Shown one piece after another: positions 53,520-64,000 of a stretch of DNA of 64,000 nt. The notes below the pieces were generated by a model that searched no databases, had not been told where the DNA came from, and saw nothing but the letters and a program-made list of their open reading frames with translations. The stretch comes from Eledone cirrhosa (taxonomy: Eukaryota): assembly GCA_964016885.1 (NCBI GenBank), contig OZ024753.1:39866001-39930000 (forward strand), in the 5' to 3' direction. Positions within the stretch are counted from its first letter, which is position 1. Each line of letters opens with the position of its first letter. The translations under genes and the position numbers were made by a program.

Positions 53520-54130
53520 AAAAGAAAGAATGGAGAGAGAGAGAGTGAGAGAGAACAATTAAGAGAGTGAGAAAACAATTGAGAGAGTGAGAGAGGCGAG
53601 TATGTGTGATAGATAGAGAGGGGGGGGGGGTAGAGAGATAGATAGAGTGAGAGAACAATTAAGAGAGTGCGAAAGGCGATGGATGCTGTGTATGATAGAG
53701 TGGGAGAGAGGGGAGGGGATAGAGAGTGAAAGAGAGATGCTGTGTATGATAGAGTGAGGTGAGAGAGAATGTGTGTGATGGAGCGAGAGAGGGGGGAGGG
53801 GAGATAGAGAGTGAAAGAGAGAACATGTAATACAGTGAGAGGTGAGAGAGAATGTGTGTGATGGAGAGAGGGGGGGGGGGATAGAGAGTGAAAGGGAGAA
53901 CAAGTGGTAGTGAGAGAGAATGAGTGTGATGGAGAGAGAGAACGAGAGATGGAAAGAGAAAGAGAATGTTTGAAAGGGTGAGAGAACAAGAGAGAGAGAG
54001 AGATAGACAGAGATAATGCAAGAAAATGAGAGACAGTGATGGAAAGAGAGACATAGAGCGAGAGAGATGAAGAAAGAGAGAAAGAACAAGGAAGAGAGAG
54101 AAAGAGAGGTGTAAAGAGAAGAAAGAGCGA
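53520..54130. repeat. GA-rich low-complexity tract with local duplications
   Basis: Purine-only runs. Confidence 0.85.
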
Positions 54131-55000
54131 AATATAATATAACCACTCTGCTCTATTGGAGAGGATAATTGTTGAAGTATTCAACAATATTCTGGACATT
54201 CAATTATAACAAACGGGTAAATAAAAGCTAAACGATACTATAAACATTTAAGAGTTAGTACTCCTCATATTCCCAGCTGACAGACGGAAGACATTGGAGC
54301 ATGATGAGGGATACACGCTAGAACAGCTATTCTAATTCACAGGGCTAGCTTGTGCGGGTAGCCATCTCCACCCCGATACTAATAAGTAGGGTTGTGATCA
54401 GAGACCAAGAACTTCCCGAAATTTCCATTGTTAAAACATTCCAGACTGTGCTGGTCAAGCCGAGGAACCAACCCGATGCGAGGTCATATTATATTAGATG
54501 TCACCCCATTTATTTTGAGGAAACTTGGACGTCTACGAAAGGGGAGAAAGGGATGGAGATCCGCTGGGTGGAGGTCGAGTTGGTCCCATGACATTTATGC
54601 TGTTTCGCATTTTGCGCTCACGCTATGTTGCGTGCTGTTGTAGAAATCTCTGCTGGTGATGACACGGTAGGAGGTTACTGACGGAAGTAATGCCAGCGTA
54701 GCCAATGAGACTAGAAACTGGAGACAGAGGCCACCTTATCTGACGGCTGAGCTGGCTTGTTGCTATCCGAGAAAGAAAGCAAGGCTGAACTAACGAAATG
54801 TAACTGAATGTTTATTTTATATAGAATTTATAAAATAGAATTAAATGTGTCTATTATCATAAGTTTGATTGGGTGGAAATACTTAGGAACGCTTGCTGCA
54901 TAAATATGGAATAGTTATGTGGGCGCTAGCATACTTGAAATAGACATAATCTCAGTTTAAAGCAGCGTCACCATATATATATATGTATATATATATATAA

Positions 55001-55088
<88 letters not shown>

Positions 55089-55124
55089 ATTAATAAATGG
55101 AAACTATATTTATAAAACCATATT

Positions 55125-55191
55125 TATTTCATTATATATATATTTCAAGGATACCAAGTTAAATCATGGTATGCCTTCATCAGACAAAATA
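55125..55191 (-). ncRNA. Type I minimal hammerhead motif in family D element (55085-55220)
   Basis: Minus strand: TATTTTGT-CTGATGA-AGGC ATACCA tgatttaact TGGTAT CCTT-GAAA-(TA)5-ATGAAATA. Confidence 0.8.
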
Positions 55192-55259
55192 CAATATATA
55201 ACAGTTTTACAAATAGATATTGACGTACCCTTTCAAAAAGGTGACCGTTGTTTATGGAG

Positions 55260-55299
<40 letters not shown>

Positions 55300-55404
55300 T
55301 AAAAGGAAAAGAAAATGCTGACAAATTGTTCCCAGTGAAAAATAGTTTAATTAGGAATAAGTAAAAATTAGTAATAGTATTGGTTAGTATTCAGTTTTGG
55401 TTTT

Positions 55405-55446
55405 AAGTTTTACCGGTTGCGCATTTCTAATGCTTTTCAAAAATAA
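55405..55446 (-). ncRNA. Degenerate U3-A8 hammerhead variant in a (TA)n-flanked insert (55297-55478)
   Basis: Minus strand: TTT-TTGAAAA-GCAT tagaa ATGC-GCAA-CCGG-TA-AAA (GAAA mutated to GCAA). Confidence 0.45.
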
Positions 55447-55726
55447 TTTTGAGATAGAGCGCCCGTGATGTTTGCTCTAATATATATATATATATATACA
55501 CATGCACGCACACACACATGTATGTATATGTATATATATATAGGAACCAGTAAGACCCCGACGGCTGAGCTCAGGCCGTTTCGACGGCTAATCCAGAATT
55601 AGCCGTGGAAACGGCTTGAGCTCAGCCGTCGGGGTCTTACTGGTTCCTATTACCCACTCTACTACCCTAAGTATTGAGTACTTTGGTGCGTTATGGTCCA
55701 CCTGGTTCCTTACCACATTTCCTTCG

Positions 55727-55774
<48 letters not shown>

Positions 55775-55823
55775 ATATATACATATACACATGCACGCAC
55801 ACACACAAACATATGTATGTATA

Positions 55824-55885
<62 letters not shown>

Positions 55886-55887
55886 CA

Positions 55888-56235
55888 TTAAACATACGGT
55901 ATGCCAAATATACTATATATACATTCATGTATACATCGCTATTTCAGAGCACCAATCCTACTACTTAATTTTTGCTGGACCGGCAATCGCTCTGTATAAT
56001 CAGCTCCTGATTATTACTGGAATTCTATAAGAATCCAGCTTCTATAATTTTCGGCGGAAGCAGGGTAGTGCGTGGCTCTGATGAACGCCAACCAGCGTGA
56101 AACAGTCTGTCAGCTTCTCTCCCTTCTTTCGTCGAAAAGAAGTGTCATAGTCACTAATTTAAAACTGATAGCGTATGGTCTTCTAAATGTTTTTAATTAA
56201 ACATACGGTATATTGCCAAATATACTATACACACA

Positions 56236-56240
<5 letters not shown>
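55888..56240 (+). mobile_element. Retrozyme-like or pLTR-like unit with ~43-bp terminal direct repeats (family L)
   Basis: TTAAACATACGGTAT(AT)TGCCAAATATACTATA.ACATTCAT-like repeat at ~55888 and ~56197; hammerhead inside; (TA)n flanks. Confidence 0.7.
56074..56115 (+). ncRNA. Type I hammerhead ribozyme motif (GUC site)
   Basis: GGCT-CTGATGA-ACGC caacca GCGT-GAAA-CAG t CTG-TC-AGCT. Confidence 0.85.
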
Positions 56241-56298
<58 letters not shown>

Positions 56299-56734
56299 CA
56301 GATGAAAGTTTAAGCAAAGAATCGCTGCTTTCACCCTTAACGGGATCTTCTGAAACTAACAAAGTCAATCTGTAAACGCAGAAGTGGATATTTCAAAAAA
56401 CGTTGCAACTGGAGGAAGACAGGAAGACGATACTTTGGTTCGTGGAAACGTTCGCTATGCAAATAAGTAATGGTATAAACAAAACATATACTTAGCTCCC
56501 ACATCAAGACGTAAAATATCCACGTATAGATCGTACTATCCGTTAGGGTATAACGTGGGGCTGTAATACAGGAAAGAGGCGATTCTTTGCTTAAACTTTA
56601 ATCTGTTATTTTAATAAATATTTGCTCTACGGTTCTTATTTATTTGATATATATTTATCCTTATCGAGCCCTCTTTCGATTTTAGTCTTCAAATTTACTA
56701 TTATATATATATATATATGTTTGTATGTGCGTGC

Positions 56735-56788
<54 letters not shown>

Positions 56789-57287
56789 CAGCTCCGAAAC
56801 TATGGGCATGTGGTTAGAATGTCTCAGGAAAGAATCGCTGGACAGATTTTATGAGCATAGCCAACCGGCAGGAGACCCATAAGCTTTGCTGGTCTCACTT
56901 GGAGATCCAACCGGATAAGTTGGAGACGGCTACTTCTGACAGGAGCCGCTGGAAGGTGTGTTTGCGGACACTGCCCCCTCTGCACGACCCTGTCGATAAA
57001 ATCAAGTACCAGTAAGCACTGGGGTCAATTTTATCGCCTTCCCCTTACAAATTGCTGGCCTTGTGGTAGAAACATTTATTAGGTGGTTTCTAACAAGCAT
57101 TGTGATAAAACATGAAATCATTTCTGTTTCGTGTAATGGAGCCATTTTTAATAATCTAATTTTAACGAATTATTCCTGTCGTTTAGATCACACAGACACA
57201 CACACACGCACAGACATACACATTCACAGACACATACACACACACATTCACAAACATATTCACATCCACACCAACACAAACACACAC

Positions 57288-57346
<59 letters not shown>

Positions 57347-57579
57347 CATACGCGTGTACACATATATATATATACTTTGTAAGATATATATATATATATA
57401 CATACACATACAATCCCACCCCACACACACACTCACACACACACACACACATACATATATACATATATGTGTAAATATATATTTATATGTATATATATAT
57501 GTGTGTAAATATATATTTATATGTATATATGTATGTGTGTAAATATATATTTATATATATATATGTGTAAATATATATT

Positions 57580-57638
<59 letters not shown>

Positions 57639-57692
57639 AAATATATATTTACATATATATATATATATGTGTGTGTAAATATATATTTTCAC

Positions 57693-57770
<78 letters not shown>

Positions 57771-58425
57771 AAATTTCCATATATATATATATATATTTTG
57801 TATACAGATGTTGTACACAAAAGGTCTGTGCAGTTCAAACAATGTTTTCTACGCCCACTCATAAAACAAAAATAAATAAGGAGACTAAAGGTATATTCCT
57901 AGAATTATAGCTGGAAATAGTTCAGTCATTTACTTTTTCTGTAAACACAATCACAAAATATTTCTTAGAGCCACAAAATTAATTAATCCCAACATATTTT
58001 TGCAGTTCATATATATATATAGGAACATGTATGATCCCAACGGCAGAGCTCAAGCCGTTTCGACGGGTAATTTTTTTTTTTTTTTTTTTTTTTTTTAGTC
58101 CAGAATTAGCCGTCGAAACGGCTTGAGCTCAGCCGTCGGGGTCCTAGTCGTTCCTATATATATATATATATATAGGGATGGTTTATTGTTTGAAAACTCG
58201 TTTGTTTTTAATAGCTCTATATTCTTAACTTATTCTGATTATCATTTCTTTCAGTTAAATGATGATAGACAGCAAGGTAACCCAGCGTATGAAAGGGCAT
58301 GCTTTAATATTTGCCTTAAAGGCAAAGCATAGCGATGTAGATATTGTTTGGATTGCTGGCAGTTGCACTGGCTACTGAGATAGTTATGACATGATTACAT
58401 TCATAGCAAGACTCTTGTGTATTTA

Positions 58426-58590
58426 TCTATATACTACTAAAACTATGTAATTGCTTGCTTGCTTGCTTGCTTTTCTATAATGTAATACAGCCAAAAGGTT
58501 ACATAATGGGAAAATACTTTGAAAGGAAGTTGACCCTCAAATGGGAATACAAATGGAATAAAACAAGTTTCACGTAAAACATATATATAT

Positions 58591-58623
<33 letters not shown>

Positions 58624-58799
58624 CACACACACATTTATATATAACCATACACACACATATATATGGGCCTTCCTGTTTCATTTCACATTAAATACATGTC
58701 TGTGTATATTTTAATTATTTAAAAATTATTTTTAAGTGAACATGATTTTAAAAAAATATTTTGAAGTGAACGTGACCGAACGGGTCACGCGTGGTCTAG
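58426..58799 (+). mobile_element. Candidate non-autonomous Helitron
   Basis: A|TC start; subterminal hairpin CGTGACC-gaacg-GGTCACG followed by CTAG|T; the 5' boundary is less certain. A similar 3' end lies on the minus strand at ~27374-27402. Confidence 0.5.
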
Positions 58800-59039
58800 T
58801 TGTATATAAATACATCATATATGCTATCATATTATATACATCCCTATTACATGACGGTTTATCATTTTCTATATTCTTAGTATCTCTGGAACTATATATG
58901 TAACTGCGTTTCTTCTATCATCTCACCTCTTTCACTGGTTATTTTATTTTGGTACACATCTTTAAAATTAAGCGTCAGAAAGTCCTATTTCTGTCCCAGT
59001 AGTTTTACACTTTTTGCAAAGTAATAGTTTACTGACCTT

Positions 59040-59400
59040 TGCTCGTCTTCATTTAAAGTCAAGGATAATAATATATCTTCTTTCCTTTGCATGTATAGAC
59101 AACTGACTTTTGCCTTCGGATGTAGAACGCCATAGATATCTTCTGCTTTCCCGCCTAATACATCTGTTTCGTCTTTCGTCCAATTCGCTAATCCAGTATT
59201 CTAAAGAATAACAGCAAACTTCCATGTGTTGATGGCATTTATAGAAATCCTTGAATATCTTCGACTTCAAAATCAGCTTTAATCTTTTCAACCATCTTAT
59301 TTCCGTGTATTTCATCATTTCCCTATTCATGATCTTTTCTGGTTTCAGTACGCCAAGATACTAGTTCCCATTATTCTCAAATTTTGATATTTGTTCTTTC
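59040..59400 (-). mobile_element. R4/Dong-like LINE RT remnant, frameshifted
   Basis: Across frames: YLGVLKPEKIMNRE..KRLKLILKSK / NAINTW / NWTKDE / YGVLHPKAKVSCLYMQRKE. Confidence 0.65.
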
Positions 59401-59564
59401 AAGAAAGCCATTCCATTAAAATAGGTTCTCTTCCCTCTCTTCATATTTAAAGACGCAAAGTTTGATAGAAAACATTTCCTGTTAATAACACTACAACATA
59501 TCTTTACTGTGTTTACCGTTGAATCAAGCTTTTTTCTCAGCCATTGCTTTTATATATGGACTAA

Positions 59565-59657
<93 letters not shown>

Positions 59658-59787
59658 TGTCTCTCTCTCTCTCTTTCTCTCTCTCTCTAACAATTGTTCT
59701 CGATGTGTTGAATTAACCGTTGTGTTAACTGTTGTACCAATAATACACTGATAATTGCTGGCCTTGTGCCAAAAGTAGAAACAATTA

Positions 59788-60035
59788 TTGTTGTTGATGT
59801 TGTTGTTGTTAGCATTATCATCATCGCCATCATCCTATCATCATGATCATCATCTTCATCATTCTTGTCCTCATCCTATCATCATCATCATCATCACCGT
59901 CATTCTCATCATCATCTTCATCATCTTCATCATCATCTTCATCACCATCATTATCATCCTATCATCATCATCTTCATCATTCTCTTCATCTTCATCATCA
60001 TCATCCTATCCAACTTCATCATCATCCTATCCAAC

Positions 60036-60070
<35 letters not shown>

Positions 60071-61075
60071 ATCTCTCATCATCATCGTCGTCGTCACTAG
60101 AAACACAAAAAAAAGAACACAATTCGGGTCATCTTTACTTTTTCTCTTCTCTAAAAAATATTTGTTCTTCTTTTCCTTGTTTTTTCTTCCTTTCTTGTTT
60201 GTCTCCCTTTAATGTCTGATTAAATTTCCCTTCCTTCTGTTTTAGCTTTGATGCTTAATGAAAGTTCAAGCATTTTCGTTTTCTGTTTGTTTTTTTATAA
60301 GCAATAATATGAATAACAACAACAACAACCAAAACAACAACGAACATAACAAAAATTAAAAAAATAACAACTACAATTCCAACAACACCAACAACATCAC
60401 CAACCACATCACCATCAACAAAAAACACCAAGACCAACACCACAACCACCACCACCACTACCACCAACAGCAACAACAACTTAAACAACAACGAACATAA
60501 CAAAAATTAAAAAAATAACAACTACAATTCCAACAACACCAACAACATCACCAACCACATCACCATCAACAAAAAACACCAAGACCAACACCACAACCAC
60601 CACCACCACCACCAACAGCAACAACAACTTAAACAACAACGAACATAACACAAATAACAATAACAACTACAATTCCAACAACACCACCAACAACAACAAT
60701 AACAAATGATATAACAGAAACACTGCCAAAACCAACAATAATAATAACAACGGCAACAACAACAAATACACCACCACCAACAACAGCGGCAACGACAGCA
60801 CTACACCACCACCAACAGCAACGACAAATACACCAACAACAACATCAGCAACGACAAATACAACAACAACTGCAACAACTACAATACCACAACCACCAAT
60901 AACACTAACAACAGTAACGAAACAACAACGACAACAACAATAACAATAACAGCAACAATAACGACAGCACTACACCACCACCACCACCACCAACAATAGC
61001 AACAACTACAATACCACCACCATCATGACCAACAACAACAATAACAATAACAACAACAATAACAGCAACAATAAC
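59788..61075. repeat. (CAT)n and (CAA/CAC)n tracts with a ~150-bp tandem duplication (~60332-60650)
   Basis: AACAACAACGAACATAACAAAAATT... repeated. Confidence 0.9.
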
Positions 61076-61959
61076 AAGTCTGTCAGCATCAACAGTTTAA
61101 AATTCAACACCAAAAAACAAAACAAAAACAACCCCATTAAATACGCCACTCTTTGTCACGTGGACAATTTCAGAGGCGCGGGATTGATCGATAAAGATCA
61201 TTGTTTTATTTGGTGCCTATTTCATCGATCTCATGAATGGTAATGGTTCTGGTGATGGTGGTGGTGGTGCGGATGGTGTGGTGGAAATGGTGTTAATGGT
61301 AGTGGTAGTGATGAAAGTGGTGTCATGATGTTTGTTGTAGTGGTGGTGGTTGGTGATGATGATGATGATGATGATGATGGTGGTGGTTGGTGTTGGTGGT
61401 GGTAGTGGTGGAAGATCAAAGTAAATGGTGACCTCGATGGTGGGAAAAGTAACATCAAGATTAAAAAGTAATGCCATAAATATCAACAGACATTATACAA
61501 GGAGAAGAGAAACGACATCAAAAATAACAGCAACAAAATAGAAAATAACAGCAATACTAACGACAACAACAACAACAACAGCAACAAGAACTTTAAACAT
61601 TAAAGATTTTATAAAGATATAATTTGAAAAATACCTAAGAAAAATACCTGAAGAAACACAATCTTCACTCCAAATTTTAATACAGATTGCTTTTTTTGTC
61701 AATATTCTCTTTAGCGAGATAAAATAAAGCACACACACACGTACACGCACAGCCACATACACGCACACACACACACAAACAGACACACACTCACAAAAAA
61801 GACGTACTTTCTCTATCTCTTTCTTTCTCTCCCCCTCCCCACACGCTCACACATATTTGTATAACATCATTTGAATAAATAGTCATTCACTTCTACCTAA
61901 CAGTATAGAATGCTTTTTTTTTACTTAATTGCAATTTAGGTCAGTCTAGAACTACAAGC

Positions 61960-61998
<39 letters not shown>

Positions 61999-62096
61999 AT
62001 AATAATACATGCGAAGACTAAAATCGAAAGAGGGCTCGATAAGGGATTTCAGAAGATCCCGTTATTTCTGCGATTCTTTGCTTAAACTTTAATCTG

Positions 62097-62128
<32 letters not shown>

Positions 62129-62204
62129 TTCGTTTCTGAATTTGTTTAGCAAGATTCTTTATCTGAAATCGTGTGTTGAAACCGATATTGTTATATTATA
62201 TTAT

Positions 62205-62372
62205 ATTACATTACATTACATTACATTACATTACATTACATTACATTACATTACATTACATTACATTACATTACATTACATTACATTACATTACATTACA
62301 TTACATTACATTACATTACATTACATTACATTACATTACATTACATTACATTACATTACATTACATTACATT
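62205..62372. repeat. (ATTAC)n pentanucleotide microsatellite, about 33 units
   Basis: Perfect repeat. Confidence 0.97.
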
Positions 62373-62394
62373 TATATTATATTTATATTATATA

Positions 62395-62583
62395 GGGCGG
62401 TGGATTGGCAGTATCAGTAGAGGGTCGGACGCCATGCTTTCCAGCATAGTTACGTCCCTTTACGATCTGAGTTCAAATCCCGCCAAGGTTGACTTTGCCT
62501 TTCATCCTTACGGGGTCGATAAAATAAAGTACCAGTAATGCACTGGGTAATTGCTGGCCTTGTGCCAAAAGTAAAAACAATTA
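62395..62583 (+). mobile_element. Full-length SINE copy
   Basis: Family consensus match. Confidence 0.92.
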
Positions 62584-62622
62584 TATTATATATATATATA
62601 TTTATAAAACTGCTCTATATTA

Positions 62623-62687
62623 TATTTTATCTGATGAAAGCACACCATAATTTGACTTGGTGTCCTTGAAATATGTATAATGAAATA
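62623..62687 (+). ncRNA. Type I minimal hammerhead motif
   Basis: TATTTTAT-CTGATGA-AAGC ACACCA taatttgact TGGTGT CCTT-GAAA-TATGTA-TA-ATGAAATA. Confidence 0.8.
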
Positions 62688-62860
62688 AATATGGTTTTAT
62701 AAATATAGTTTCCATTTGTTAATATCGTATTTTTGCTCCAAATATTTATTGAGTGCTTTATATCAGTTATAAAAATATTTGCTTGTTGTATCCCAACAAT
62801 TTAAATAGAACTTTTACATATATATATATATATATATATTTATAAAACTGCTCTATATTA

Positions 62861-62925
62861 TATTTTATCTGATGAAAGCACACCATAATTTGACTTGGTG
62901 TCCTTGAAATATGTATAATGAAATA
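62861..62925 (+). ncRNA. Type I minimal hammerhead motif (second monomer)
   Basis: Identical to 62623-62687. Confidence 0.8.
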
Positions 62926-63052
62926 AATATGGTTTTATAAATATAGTTTCCATTTGTTAATATCGTATTTTTGCTCCAAATATTTATTGAGTGCTTTATA
63001 TCAGTTATAAAAATATTTGCTTGTTGTATCCCAACAATTTAAATAGAACTTT

Positions 63053-63097
<45 letters not shown>

Positions 63098-63336
63098 TAT
63101 GATAATAATAAACAAATAAGACAGATGCGTTAGTCTATCCCTATTTATTTTATTATACGTATTTCGAAGATGTATGGCTTTTGTATAACATCAGTCAAAC
63201 ATGTTCTCTTCAGATAAAATCCACAGGAGATGAAAACATCAGTTGATATGCAAGCGGTCACACGAATTATTTACTTTGGCGACAGCCAAGCATATGTCTG
63301 GAAAGACTTCACATGGTATATGTTGTATGTATGAGT

Positions 63337-63374
<38 letters not shown>

Positions 63375-63597
63375 GATAAATCTACCAAGAGTTTACGGTA
63401 GTGTCCAATCCGTATGAAGAACTCAATGTAATCCGGATATCATGGAAAGAAGAGATGCATTCAAAAATCACTTTCGGTGAAAGATAAATGCATACCAATT
63501 CTAACACACATATGTCCTTGAAACGATCGTTAAATAATGAACTTTTTTTGTTTAATATAAGGAACTATTTCATTGTTTTATTCATTATCTTGTTAAT

Positions 63598-63628
<31 letters not shown>

Positions 63629-64000
63629 GATATAAACGTAGATAAGTGTAAACACACCGCTACACAACCCTATACATACATATACCTTATACATAAGTTA
63701 AGCGCACATAACAATATAGCAAGGCACACTTACAGACACAACTCGTACAGCTCTCCACATAAACAACACATACTCAAAACATTTAAACACATCAGGCAAA
63801 AAAAACAAAACATCTCACCCTTCCGATCTCTTGCACAAGAGGGCGCTTTCTTCTCTATTCTTACTTTAGGGCAAATTCAGCATGACACTCTTTAAAAAAA
63901 AAACTATCTTTACTAACACAGATATTTTCATTTTGACGCTTCTATCGCTCGCTTTATCGCCACCTAATTTTCCGATAAAGGACCTACGAATATTGATAAA

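Larger units (their letters stand above)
62601..63057 (+). mobile_element. Family D tandem dimer, 238-bp period
   Basis: 62601-62818 repeated at 62839-63056 with (TA)n between. Confidence 0.88.

Overview
AT-rich, repeat-saturated animal genomic DNA (intronic or intergenic). The SINE families and the extreme (TA)n/(CA)n/(GA)n microsatellite load suggest a cephalopod (octopus-like) genome; that assignment is inferred. Almost all ORFs in the supplied track are translations of simple repeats. Real content: about 24 copies of one tRNA-derived SINE; 3' or internal fragments of several LINE clades (RTE-like, CRE-like, R4/Dong-like, L1/Tx1-like); hAT, Tc1/mariner and Helitron-type non-autonomous elements; and a few candidate isolated exons. 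The standout signal is a set of roughly ten distinct short Penelope-like (PLE) element families, nearly all inserted in (TA)n tracts. They carry about 10 recognisable type I hammerhead ribozyme motifs plus variant and half motifs, and often have fold-back (inverted) 5' ends. One 5'-truncated coding PLE links a GIY-YIG endonuclease ORF (38800-39357, minus) to its own hammerhead (38387-38424). The hammerheads show recurrent unusual features: a conserved C-C mismatch at pair 4 of helix II with covarying neighbours, a U-U closure of helix II, and a U3-A8 core variant. All structures were read by eye, and coordinates of degenerate repeats are approximate.
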